This document shows positions 52,201-63,600 of a DNA stretch of 64,000 nt, piece by piece. The stretch is from Rhynchopus sp. YZ270_cl-10 (taxonomy: Eukaryota). Under the pieces are notes generated by a model. The model did no database searches, was not told the origin of the DNA, and worked only from the letters and a program-made list of their open reading frames with translations. The number at the start of each line of letters is the position of its first letter. Position 1 is the stretch's first letter. Where the stretch lies: positions 1-64,000 of the forward strand of contig OZ037835.1 of NCBI GenBank assembly GCA_964035575.1, in the 5' to 3' direction. Both the position numbers and the translations under genes were made by a program.

Positions 52201-55200
52201 CATGAGACACCCTCCGCGTATATGGGGAGGTGGAGGCGGAGTCTGGCTGCGGCCTTGAATGCAATCGGAGGGATGTAGTGCTCCCAGGTGGGGGGTGCAG
52301 TAAGCCAGGACCCTGCTTGGGGGAGGGCCAGAGAATTGAGACGCGCCTTGTCGTACGCATCACCCTTGACGAAGAGGTCCCGCAATTGTTCCTCCAGGAT
52401 CCCTGCAGACAGATCACGTTGACGCAGGGGGACGGCTGGCTGCAGCTTGGGGTCAATCCTAGCACCTTCAGCCACTTGCTCGTTGTACAGCGTTGCCGTC
52501 CGTTCCCATCCTTCGGCGTCCCAGGTGAAGCTGGGGTCCAGTTCGGTGCACAGTTGGTGCAGGCCGCTCCTTGCTCCCATGGCTGCTGCAGTCCAGTGGT
52601 CGCGGATGCGGCGCACGCCCATGCCCCCTACCCTACATGGCAGTGCGGCCTGTCTCCGTGCTTCTTCCGGCAGGCCTCCATCCTCATCACCAAAAAGCGC
52701 GGCCAGGGCAGCGTCTACCTCCTTGTCGTACTGGCTGAGGTACTTGTGGGTGCACGCGTGACCAATGGCTCTCATGTAGAAAACCATGCGTGCAAACCCC
52801 TCGCACTGACGGAGTAATGTCAGTCCAGCCTGCGAGTCAGACACCTTCTGCAGCAGACGCAGTTGCACCGCGAATTCCTCCACCTTCTTCTCCATGTACG
52901 CTTCGCAGTACTCGTCGTCCCCGATTGGCGCCCCCAGGAACGCAAAGCCTCCATACTTCACGCTCATCACTTTTCCTTCACAGGCTGAGCAAGTCTCCGC
53001 CAAGTCAGTGGTGTGGCTGCACACGGGGAGGCCAGCTCTGTCCAGGTCCAACGGAGTCTGCTGTCCTAGGGCGATGACTTCACACTTTGACAGCTTCACC
53101 TTCAGCCCCAGCTCCGCACTGCGTGTCCTCACTAACTCCAGCGCTCGAGCCACCGCCTCTGGGTTCCCCATGATCGTCCCATCATCGAGGTACCAGATGC
53201 TACAGTCGATGCCCTGGACTGCACGCACTTCGTCTGTCAGTGCTTTGATCCCCAGGGAGAAGAGTAGGGGCCCTGCGGGGTCGCCTTGCTGCGCGCCTCT
53301 GGTGGATGGGATCATCTCGTCACCATACACTAGCCCGGTGTGGGAGTTGTAGCACCATTCGACCCACGGTGAAATGGACGGGAGATATTTCCTTGTGGCT
53401 TCCAGAAAAGTCTTGCGAAAGATGCTGTTGAATGCGTTCTCGTAGTCAATCTGTACGATCACTTTGTCGCTCCCCTGGTGTCGTTTTGCGTATGCTGCCA
53501 CAACCATTGTCGCCGCTTCCAGTCCACCGTCCACCGCCACCCCAACTTGTCTCCCTGGCAGCAGCACTCCTCGTGCCTTTTCCCTCACAGACGCCACCTC
53601 GATCTTGCTCACGACTCGCCGAAGTGTGTTGCCTGCAGAGATGGGGCGGACGTCGCCTTGGTCACCCTTCTTTAACGCCACCAGAGTAGCTCCTGCCATG
53701 AACATAGCTGTCTCGGAGGGGGCTTTCCCGCGTCGCAGCAGGTCCAGGACTTGCGTCATCAGTGGCAAGATGTTCAGGTCCGGGTGTTTGACCATCCACC
53801 CCTTGAGGTGATCCCCGCGCAGACCAAAGGGACCTGGAGCAGAGCCCTTTGCCATGCTATTTATGGCTTTGAGGGCGGCGATCGGCTTCAGCGGCTCGGA
53901 AGCAATTTCCGGCAGAGAAGTGGCAGGTTGGGGTTCCTCATGGGGGTGCTTTCTGCGGAGGATGTCTGTGGATTCCTCAGTACGCTCTGCCAGCCCACCC
54001 TTGTGGAGGCGGCTCATCCCTGCTGCCATCCTCCCATTCCGCACCTCCCGGACCATCGCCTTCTCCCTTTCTTCCCACGTTGGTTCCTTCCGCTCCTTCT
54101 CCTTCTTCGTACCGCCTGTGCGATTCGCAGCTGCTCGCCACATTGCTGCGATCTCACCTTCTCTCCACTCATCCACATCCTTCTGCCGCAAGACTGCCAC
54201 CTTCGTCTTGAGGTGCTTCCCACCTCGCTTCGCCGGTAGGACCAGCTTCGCGAACATGCACAAACGTTTCCAGCTTGCCTCATCGCCAACTGCGGCCACA
54301 TCCTCAAGTGCCTGGGTGAACTCCACAGCGGCTGGACGGTCGATGCTCGTGGGGATCGCATCTGTTGTCCTGATGGGGATTTGAGCTATCTCCCACCACT
54401 CCGGCAAGTCAACGTCGTCTGCCTTTTCCACTGCGGTGCGTTCCCTGGGTGTGGGCTTTGCGATCGCCTTTACCAGTTTCGCACACTGAAGACATGTCTC
54501 CTTCGATGCCGACCGTATCCCCCCACACGCTTCACACTGTCCTAACCCCAACTTGTTGAGGGTGTCGTGGGGGATGTGGTCGCCGGAAGACAGGTGTGCA
54601 CCGATGTGTGTGCGCAGGCCGGGAACAGAGAAGGGCTGGGGACGGTGTAGACTGCTTCCGTTGCAACACGGAACAGGGCAGAAGAGCCTCGGTGCATCAG
54701 CCCCCAGAGGAGAAGGCGACTCCTTCGTCATGGCAGGGATGGGTGTTGCTGTTAGGCCTTTCGGGTCAAGCTCTGCGAAGGGGGCCGACTGGACCATTGC
54801 CAGGGCGTTCTTTGGGTCCATTTGCACTTCCTCATAGTGATTATTGAGGAGTGAAACTACCCTGACGCGGCGGTCTTTCTGCGTCCGCAAGTCTTTCGAT
54901 GAGGCTGCGGGGTTGATCGTCACCACTGGATTCGGCCCAGGCTGCACTACCGCTATCGTGGTGGACCATGCATTTGCTGCCAGGTGTAGGGTGAGGTGGT
55001 TGCCCCACACCTCAGGGTTGGTGAGGCCGTCAATGAAGCTTGACAGCTGTGCCTCGGTCTCGAAGTAGCGTCTGAGACCGGTCTTCACCTTCGTGACCCG
55101 CGCTCTGTCAGCCAGCTCAGTGCGTGCTTTGCTGACATCCAAGTACAGCGCGTTCTTCTTACCCAGTAAGGCCACGTACATGCACTCGCCGTTGGCTGCG

Positions 55201-56156
55201 TTCGGCACCCTCTTCCCCCCATGCACCTCGAGGAATGCGTCAAGGTTTGCCGCCTCCTCCGGGTTGATGTCCCCGTCTGCTCCACCTGCCAGCGCCCCGG
55301 GCCCCAGGCTTATGCTCTGAGGTGACAGCTCCCACCCGTCCCCTGTCCCCGCCGGTCGCCTCAACCTCTGCATGAAAACCCACACCCTGCTGGCAAGTAC
55401 TCGCAACCACAGCCTCCCGCTACGTGCTCTGTATCGGCCCTGTAGGAGCCCCTTCCTCAGCAGCACACTCAGCAGCTCTGCGTCCCGGATCAGTGCACAA
55501 CCCAAAGCCCGTGGCGCCGATCTCCCAAGCTCATACCCCACGCAAACCAGAGCCCAGATGGCCACCCACTGCAAAGCCACTCTCACAACGGCTGCCCTTA
55601 TCCTGCGGAAAAGTTGAGAGGGCGGACGCTTGCATGGCGCCTTGCGCCGACGGAACCTGCTCGCCTGTGCCTTGGTCCAGTTCAAGGACCTGTGACCTCG
55701 GCGCGTCCTCCTGGTCCCCCTCCTACCCACCAGCCACAATATGAGGTGACTGAGGGTAGGGGCGCGTCTGTCCTTCCACATGTCCAGGACCGCGAAAGAC
55801 ACAAACACACCCCACTCAGGTGCCTCGGCTACCCAGCGGGGGTCTGGTCGGCGCAGAGAAGAAAGGCGTTCCCAAAGGATGCTCCACCAGTCAAACCCAA
55901 GCCCATGTTCTGCACGCCCCATGTGAACATTGGGGGTGATAAAGGTCCCCCACACCCGTAACGTCACACAGTAACTCTGTCCTTCTCGCCCCGCAAGGCT
56001 GGCCCCGAACACCAGCATACCTCGCTCACCCCCACCTACAGTGTTGTTGCTGCAGTTGCTGCTGCTGCTGTTGCTGTTGCTGTCGGTGCTGCTGCAGGTG
56101 CTGCTGATGCTGTTGTTGTTGCTGGTGTTACGGTTGTTGTTGTAGTTGCTGTTGTT
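49202..56156 (-). mobile_element. 5'-truncated copy of CRE-like family 1, inverted orientation
   Basis: Near-identical to ~29811-36747; poly(A) appears as T 49202-49219; lacks the ribozyme and N-terminus. Confidence 0.93.
50028..56156 (-). CDS. 5'-truncated polyprotein ORF retaining both OTUs, RT and RLE
   Basis: Same protein as 28935..35939 from the Asn/Ser-rich region onward; one visible G/S difference. Confidence 0.75.
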   Translation of the reverse strand, partial: NNSNYNNNRNTSNNNSISSTCSSTDSNSNSSSSNCSNNTVGGGERGMLVFGASLAGREGQSYCVTLRVWGTFITPNVHMGRAEHGLGFDWWSILWERLSSLRRPDPRWVAEAPEWGVFVSFAVLDMWKDRRAPTLSHLILWLVGRRGTRRTRRGHRSLNWTKAQASRFRRRKAPCKRPPSQLFRRIRAAVVRVALQWVAIWALVCVGYELGRSAPRALGCALIRDAELLSVLLRKGLLQGRYRARSGRLWLRVLASRVWVFMQRLRRPAGTGDGWELSPQSISLGPGALAGGADGDINPEEAANLDAFLEVHGGKRVPNAANGECMYVALLGKKNALYLDVSKARTELADRARVTKVKTGLRRYFETEAQLSSFIDGLTNPEVWGNHLTLHLAANAWSTTIAVVQPGPNPVVTINPAASSKDLRTQKDRRVRVVSLLNNHYEEVQMDPKNALAMVQSAPFAELDPKGLTATPIPAMTKESPSPLGADAPRLFCPVPCCNGSSLHRPQPFSVPGLRTHIGAHLSSGDHIPHDTLNKLGLGQCEACGGIRSASKETCLQCAKLVKAIAKPTPRERTAVEKADDVDLPEWWEIAQIPIRTTDAIPTSIDRPAAVEFTQALEDVAAVGDEASWKRLCMFAKLVLPAKRGGKHLKTKVAVLRQKDVDEWREGEIAAMWRAAANRTGGTKKEKERKEPTWEEREKAMVREVRNGRMAAGMSRLHKGGLAERTEESTDILRRKHPHEEPQPATSLPEIASEPLKPIAALKAINSMAKGSAPGPFGLRGDHLKGWMVKHPDLNILPLMTQVLDLLRRGKAPSETAMFMAGATLVALKKGDQGDVRPISAGNTLRRVVSKIEVASVREKARGVLLPGRQVGVAVDGGLEAATMVVAAYAKRHQGSDKVIVQIDYENAFNSIFRKTFLEATRKYLPSISPWVEWCYNSHTGLVYGDEMIPSTRGAQQGDPAGPLLFSLGIKALTDEVRAVQGIDCSIWYLDDGTIMGNPEAVARALELVRTRSAELGLKVKLSKCEVIALGQQTPLDLDRAGLPVCSHTTDLAETCSACEGKVMSVKYGGFAFLGAPIGDDEYCEAYMEKKVEEFAVQLRLLQKVSDSQAGLTLLRQCEGFARMVFYMRAIGHACTHKYLSQYDKEVDAALAALFGDEDGGLPEEARRQAALPCRVGGMGVRRIRDHWTAAAMGARSGLHQLCTELDPSFTWDAEGWERTATLYNEQVAEGARIDPKLQPAVPLRQRDLSAGILEEQLRDLFVKGDAYDKARLNSLALPQAGSWLTAPPTWEHYIPPIAFKAAARLRLHLPIYAEGVSCRQCNQPMDTRGDHIFACRMGGHRILRHNSVRDYVYGAANEAGLSPILEPNHLILGNNKPADILLSTGVGESRGRAIDVTVWTPTSASMVQGAAVAKGYAATKAETAKRKKHGDACAAERLAFTPFALETTGGLGPAAASIWQQMLRFAADRKLGNRVEMSQRWNWGLGTTLQRQIGKAATDRGSLTGCLRGPLRERVDLDPTVDPEEGDLIRLPPDHLPNLEVTDDHQGDIRVSAEEEPETGNEKETAPETAAQDPTPHSELEANLVKWGLSRPQVPVPFRVGDCAFDAVCWSVRSWKVVTSSTLRSLAVERVKRDADLARNAMPDLATWVRWMSLAGNRDRRSWADQTALAGLARALQVVIVAVVSSDSKVHIHRPASKSNGAVAVLHTGAHEAGHFSPLCMTDNTFAYLRSLAPDTPLPEMQCHSTGALSRMEERPGRQGELLTCENCALITECSVPHWFCSSCERTWCEGCGSANAKCVLRAKPVQPVQPVQPTTSQTVGGSYYNSNPAPPQDAATEVKEEVMDEEDSADCADHDTTMDNNTATAAESFVWGPSEQSYNTTPTALTGDHHLGSAKTGGWTAKSHAERRTKLTTLGTSRRAQGNHTRRSGVVEDRSAETTARRPSPPISRGSDVEAKGLVPHSQKEGDRVPRNVEEWADCFFPRGGTRREGMTPLAPEVAYEALDAWWDQREELGRVGGRQTSQYGALRAVLVLMMEATFK

Positions 56157-56160
56157 CACT

Positions 56161-57591
56161 TGTCCCCTTTGCCCTCCTCCCCTGAAGAAGAAGTGGGGAG
56201 GCGCAGGTCAGGCTGAGGACCTTTCCGCTGCTAGCCGTCCTACACCCTTTTTACACATACCTGGGGTGTTTCCGACCAGCAGCCCCTCGGTCTCCTGGTT
56301 GTGTCCTTTTCAGACACGCCCTTCCACCGAGAGCACAGCTCACTACCACCCGTTGGCTTCTTCCGTATCACAGAAACTTCCGAAGTCCGCGGGGTGTGTA
56401 ACTCACTGTGGCCCGACTGTACATTGAGCCCTCTGCTTGAGAGGACCGGCTGGTGACCCAGTCTGTAGCGATCCCATGCGTCCCAGTTTGTGGTTTCACG
56501 CACTGGTGGGACACAGCCAGCTCGCGCTGACCACTCCAGTCGCCCGGAGGTGGAACCGACGGTCTGAACCGCATGAATCTGCCGACCCAATGCGATCTTT
56601 GACCGTTAGCCAGCCGATTACTCGACCTGACCTCTGCTCGGCAAGTTGGTCACGCCTGTCTGCAGGGGAGTGACTCCCCACAAGTATGCATCCGACACAA
56701 CTCCCTAACAGATTCACCAGCCTAGCCTGTTCACATCCCAACCGTCGCGGTTATGTCACCACTCACTAGTGTCGGAGTCTGTTACATGTGAGCCACAACA
56801 TCGAACGAGTGCTGCTCACAAAGGCACCACCGCAGCAAATAGCGGTGCAGTTGCTTGCAGTCGTCGAGTGTGCTCACCATGTGGGTAGTCCCTGACTACA
56901 CCGGCCTCTCTCTCCCTAGAGGCCGTTGCAACGGTCACCCAGACTCCAACGCGGACAGGAGTGGCTACAGAAGTCTTTGATGGGGGCTTTTACATGGGAG
57001 GCACACCCTGACCTGGACGGACCAGTTCTGTGGCTGTGGATCACCCCTGTGGATTCAAACAGTGGACGCACCCGGTGCGTCACTGCAGACACCCAGCCAA
57101 GGTCCAGGGAGGACGACATCTCCTGAGCGTACCGACAGCATCCGTGAAGTCCCGAAGGCCAACGCAGCCGCTGCAGACGTTCGGAAGAAGCGCCTCACCC
57201 ATCGTAGATAGCCCTGACAGCAGCCACAAGCGTGCAGTAAAAACCACACAATGCAGATACAGCAGTCACCCAGTGAGATGGTCCAGGTCCCCGTCAGCAA
57301 GCCGCCATTGGCAACTACCAAACACCAACCTCTCAGCCACCCCTGTGTGTCCTTTGCTAGTGTGTGTTGACATACCTGGAATTCCGGATGCTAGGTGAGG
57401 ACTGTCGTCCCCGTACCACGCACCACCCACTGTCTCCGTGGAGCAGCCCGGGTGATGCGCCGACTAGGAGGTTACACGCCAGACGTTGTCTCGTCTGCTG
57501 GTCAACGGGGCAACAAACCCACCAGGGTCCCCTCTCGGGAACGCACGCCTCCTGTTAGCAGCTACCCGTCGGGGGGCCTAATCCCCTGGGA

Positions 57592-57593
<2 letters not shown>
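56161..57593. mobile_element. LTR-like segment with TG...CA ends (solo LTR or Ginger-like non-autonomous element)
   Basis: Ends TGTCCC...GGGACA; 1433 bp; no long ORF; bounded by two LINE ends. Confidence 0.4.
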
Positions 57594-57633
<40 letters not shown>

Positions 57634-60600
57634 CGCTTTTTTTATCTACATCCAGTGACAGAGGGGGTACTTACTAGTCAAGCGAGTATGTAAACAGCTA
57701 GATGTCCAGACAAGGGCACTTTACTATTGTACTGGCAAGACAGTGCCTGAAAACACAGTTAGTGGCACTAAAATAGAAAGCATGTGGGACAACTACAACC
57801 AACACTTCCCTGCAAATAAGCAAAAGGGTCGTATGTGAGTGCAATTTTTCCCAAAAGGAAAAGGGGAGGGGATGGGACGGGAGGGTTGCTCTGTCTACCG
57901 GTGTAGTTTTATTTTGCTTTGTCTTGGGGAGGGGAGGAGAGGAGAAGGAGGGGATTGAGTGAGCCGTTTCCTCTGTAACACACAAACAAATAAAAAGGAA
58001 GTTCCATAATCTTTTTAGTAGTTTTCTTTTTGGTGAAAATTTTTGAGAACTTCTGTAAGTGTGACCTGACCCGACTGACTGACACCCAAAGGGGAAAACA
58101 ACAATAACGCACAACAAAATCAACAACAACAATGGTGGGTCTCGTGCTTACCTGTGGTGGTTTTGAAAAATGAAAAATGAAATTGACCTTCACAAGGTAA
58201 AAATGAAAAACTAAAGGAGTGAAAAAAGGAACTCAAAGGACAAGAGTTCTGTACAAACTCTACTCTACTGCACAATCTATAAAAGTGGCCCAATGGCTCC
58301 TGATGCCACTGGCCTGGCTCTTAGACAGGTCTTACTCCGAGACTGCCCTCTACCCTCGTCCAAGGGCTAAGGGCCGTCGCTGGGGTAGACCCGTCCTAGC
58401 CAGCAGCCAACCAAAAATATTAACAAAAGGAAGGGGAAAGGAAAGGGGGGGGGCATGAAAAGAACAAAAAACACAAAATAAAAAGGGTTTTTAAAAATAA
58501 ACATGGGGCAAACTGTCATTCTCTACACGCATCTACACACACACTCTCTCCCTCTAACTCTCACTCTAATGCCTCTTATTCCTCTTATTCCCCTTTTGCC
58601 CCTGCTTTCCTCCGCTCTGTCTCCCCTTCTGTCCACCACCGCGACCATTGCGCCCTCTCTGCACCACCTGGGGCGAGAGCACATGCTGCGTCGCTTGTGC
58701 CACTGCGTCGGTGAACACGTTCGACGTGTTGGACCTACCCTGAGCTGCATGGCGCTGGGGTCCTTTGGGAGCTGGGGAAGGAGCAGGTTGGGCGGAGGAG
58801 GTTGCATTGCCACGGCCTGCCGATGAGGAGGAGGAAGAAGTGGAGACTGCAGGTTGGGCGATGGAGGTTGTAGTGCCACGGCCTACAGAGGTGGAGGAAG
58901 AAGAAGAAGAAGAGGAGGCTTGAGGTTGTCGGCCTATTCCCTCTCGAGCCGCTCGTGCCTCATTCTCCCTCCTTGTACTCTCCGCTGCAAAGGCCTGCCC
59001 CCTACTGCTCCGGTTGTCCGTCAGGGCATGCAACGTCGACTTTGCCTTGCACTTTTCCTTAACCGACCACTCATGCAAACCCACCACCTTCATCACCTCA
59101 TACCACTGAGTGAAAGTAGCGGTAGAGAGGGGGAGTGACAACAAGGGTCTGCCATCCTGTTTCTCTCCCTGACGGTAGTGGAACAGGGAGATCCACTTCG
59201 TCACAGAAGAAGGCACCGGCGACCCCATGGTGAGGCACGGGAAAAGACCCCCCCTCTCCGTCCGCTCCTCCTCCGTCCACATCCAAGCCTCGCTCTGCGC
59301 CCTCAGCAATTCCCTCACCCTCGCTTGCTTCTTCTGGTCAGGGATGCCTTCCACTGACAGAGCAAGCGAGCGATCCGCCCCCTCCATCGCGGTGTCGAGG
59401 TCCTCCTCCTGCTCCTGCTCATCATCATCCATCTCCTCCACCTTCACACGCACCTCGGAGTCTGCCGCCTCGGCCTGTCGCCCCACCTCCTCCTCCAGCT
59501 GATCCCGAGAAGGGGTTCCCCAGCTGACCCTGCCTTCCCGAACGACGATGACCGCGCTGGTCTTGCCCCAGGTGTCGCAGTATCCGGCCTCCCCTGCTAT
59601 CTTCCTAACCGCCTGACGGGCGACCACCGACTCCGGGCAATCACCGTCCCCCTCCCCGTTCCCACTCCACGGCTGCTGTGTCGCCCAGCAGTACAGGAAC
59701 TCGCCCGGGCACGGAGAAGCACCTTGAGGACCAAAGAGAGCCATCCAGTCGCCGACACAGTCAGGTTCGAGTCCTTCAGGGTCGTCGCCCACCGCTCTCC
59801 GCACCGCATGGCAGGGGAGGAATAGCCGCCCTTCGCACACCACCCCAAAGCACCGCCCGTATGCCACCATGCGTTCTGCCTCCAGCTGTCGGGAGAGGTT
59901 CACCGCCGTCAACAACAGAGTGGTCGCCTTCTGCTCCGACTCATGCTTAGCTGCGAAGGCGTAATGCCTCTCGCAGCGTTGCCTGTCGTACTCCGCCCGG
60001 AGCGACTCTCCTGCTTCGGGGTGCCGATCGCAGTCTTCCAAGTACTGCGCATGCATCCTCTTCGCGTCCTCTGCGAGTTCCCGCTTGTGCCTGGCGGTCA
60101 GCTCCTCCACACGATGCCTGTCCGCCGCCTTCGCCTGGTCCAGACGCACATTCTGTTCCTCCAGGAAACGACTCAACTCCTGCTGGCGGTCGCCAAAAGT
60201 GCCCCGAAGCGCGGCCAAATCCGGTCCCCACGACCGACGATGCTCCCGCCGTACCTCCAGGGCTTGCTGCCACGCGTCCGACGCACGCTGCAACGCTTCC
60301 TTCTTCTCCTGGTCCGCCTTTTGTTGTTGCTGCTTCTGCTGTTTCCGTTGCTTCTCGTGCTTCTGCTGCTTCTGTTCTGCCTGCTGCCCCTCTTCGCCCG
60401 CCATTGGCGTGTCTACCTCCTCGACGTCCTCGCCCTCGGGAGCTGGCACTGCTGGAGAAGGAGCCCGTTTAGGTGGTGGGTCTCCGCTCCCCTCCGCAGA
60501 GGCAGCCTGAGCCGGAACATTCGAGTGCAAAAAAGACAGGGCACTGAAGTATTCCGCCCTGCCAATTTGCGACAGAGGGCAGTGCTTGGACCCCTGAGCG

Positions 60601-63600
60601 CAGTGCAGACATGCCAAGCCACCACACGTGTGACAGCAGAAGTGTGCGTCCGACGCATCGAAGAGCTTGCTGCATTGTTCGCACTGCAGGAAAGTGTTCG
60701 ACGCCTCCGCCTCCCTCGCTCCCACAAAAGCCATGGGGCGCTCTGACTGGCACTCCCCCTTACCACCTGTGGCCTCAAAAGACAGGATGTGCTGCTGCAG
60801 AGCCGGGTCCATGGTGAGGGGCTCGTAGTGTCCCGGGATACTGCCGGATCCATCTGCCGCATCCTGATCACCCGAGTGGAGGAGAAGGACCACTGCCTTA
60901 GGCCGTTTTCTTGGCACCATCAGAGAAGGGCGGGCGAACTCGTTGAGGATGACCACAGATACCTCAAGAGCCTCCCCTGCCCCCGCCACTGCAATGGCAT
61001 CCGCCCACGTACGCTCGTCTCCTCTGTCCCCACTCGTCATCAGCCGCTGCCAGACCCCAAAATTAGGGACAGCCGCACTCGACAGATCAGCGCGGCCCTG
61101 GACCTTCTTCACTGCCGCCTGGCGCAGACCCTCCACCGACAAATCCGTGCGCCCAGTGGCGAAGAGCAAAGCCTCAAAAGCACAGTCCCCCGCCACAAAC
61201 GACCAAGTCACCTTCGAGGCTCCCAGCTTGGCCGCCTGTTCCGTCGCCCGAGGCCTCTGCGCTGCCGGGCACTCACGCAAAAACTCCCACTCACGCACCA
61301 CATCGAGACCCGGCCCTTCCGGAATCACGGTAGCCGAATCGAACCTCCCGGTCCGCTTCCTCGGTGGCTCCACGTGGTCCGGCTTCACGTCCCTCTTGCG
61401 CTTCCCCTGCTGCTCCTCCGACCGGTCTGGAGCAGGACGACTCATATCGTCGTCAGGGTTCGCATCATCACAGAGAGGTTCCACGGCCCCTGCACTGCGG
61501 CGTCCAAACCGGTCCATGTCCTCTGCAGACGGTGCCACATCTACCTCCACACACGGCTCCCGCTTCAGGGTGGCAATCCCTACACACATAGCACCCCGCT
61601 CCAGAAAGGAAGATGCGACCTTTTTCTGGTACGCCACCGCAATGCTCTCCCGGATGCGCAACTCTGCCGACCCTGTCAGGTGCGACGTCTGTCCCGTCGT
61701 CAGGCCTCCAAGCTGCGCAATCAAGAGGTTCGCCTCGTCGCCTGCACCCCCGAAGGCTTCAAACACAATAGGGGAGAACTTGGTATTGATCTTGTTCAAA
61801 TCCCGCTCGTGCTTCTCCCGTTTGACCTGGCCCTGGTTCTTCGCCGACCAGCCCACAAACTTCGAGGCCCCTGTTCTGTAGGAAGGCAAGGTGGGGCACA
61901 CGTGGGTGATGTCCAAACAACGAGGTCCATTTTCCGCCACTCCTACTGGGAGGTAGACGTCGCCTGGCCGCTTCTTCGACTCCAACTCCACTCGCACGGT
62001 CTCCTCCAAAGCAGGGTCCAAGCCCGCCCCTTGAGCAGCTCGGTACACCGAATCCCGCAAGGCGTTGTGGCGGGCGACGCGGTGTTTGGAGTAGGGGCAG
62101 CCAAAGGTGTGGTCGCCAAAGGAGTCCATGACAACCCTTTTCTGCCCCCCCTGACATGCCGAGCAAGTCGTTCCCTCCGCATGGATGGCCACCCCTAGTC
62201 GGAAACGGGTCACAACCGCAAAATCCGCTGAAGACATCTGGTTCCTTGCTGAGGGTGTCGCCGTGAGGTACGTCCCGGAAAGCGGCAGGAGAAGGGACTT
62301 CATCCGTGCTCGGTCTCGCATGCAGAGCTGTTGCATCAACTTGTCTGCCTGGGCGTCAATCACCGCAGATGACAGACTCTGCTGCTCCAGGATCTTCTTC
62401 GGCTGGGCCCTGTCCACGTGAAACGCCACCGGTACCCTGGAGTTGTACTCCTCAGCCGCGCTGTTCCATCTCTCCTCATCCCAGGTGAAGGCAGGGTCCA
62501 AGGCCTGCGACAGTTGCAGGTTCCCTGACTGAGAGGCGAGGGACGCAGCTGTCCGATGGTCCACGGTGCGACGGATACCCAGCCCCCCAAGCGCCACAGG
62601 AAGCGCCGCCTGCGCCCTTGCCAACTCCGGCAGCGCCCCATCCGGGTCATGCAGAAGCGCAGCCAGGCACCTGTCGATCAGGTCGTCAAAGGCCGTCAGG
62701 TACTCCGCGCACTGTGGGATCCCCCGCATGTAGAACACCATGCGGCAGTAGCCTTCGCAGTATCTCAGTACGTAGAAGGCTGCCTGGGAGTCCCCGAGGT
62801 CCACAAGGGCTTCCAGGTTGCGGCGGGAATCGTCCACCTTCTGGGCCATGTACTCCTCGCAGAAAGCCGCAGACCCAATGGGGATGCCCAAGAAGTCGAA
62901 CCCATCCACATCCAACAGCCGGAACCCGCCTTCACCCATGGCGTCCTGTCCACCCTCGTTCAACGTGAACCCCACGGCCTCGAGATCCTCCTTGGAGACG
63001 CCACCAGTGGAGATGAGCTCACACTTGTTCGCGTTCACCTCCAACCCCAGTTCGGAACTACGAGTGCACAGAACCTGGTACGCCTCAAAAACCGCCTTAG
63101 GGGACCCCCGCAGAGAGCCGTCATCGAGGTACCACAAAGTCCCATCCAGGCCTGGGTGCCCCTTCAGCTCTAGCGCCATCTGGTGGATGGTCAGGGAGAA
63201 GAGAAGCGGGCCCAAGGGATCTCCTTGTTGAGCTCCGCGCTGTGACCTTATGGTATCTCCACCATAATACAGGCTGGAGGGCTCCAGGTAACACCATCGC
63301 ACCCATGGGGCCAGCTCGGGGAGGTTCGCGTCGACCGCTCTTAGCATCGACAGGCGGTCTACGCAGTTGAACGCGTTACGGTAGTCAATTTTCAAAATGA
63401 CTTTACCTTTTCCGCGGTTGCGCACGGCGTACTGCGAGATAACATCAGTCGCCACTGCCGCCCCCCTTGCCGTTGCCACCCCCACCTGGTTCCCTCGAAG
63501 AAGAAGCGTCCTAGCAGGCACCCGCACTCGCGCCGACAGAATCTTTCCCACCAGTCTGCGGAGAGTGTCCCCAACCGCAATCGGTCGCACGTCCTCCTCC

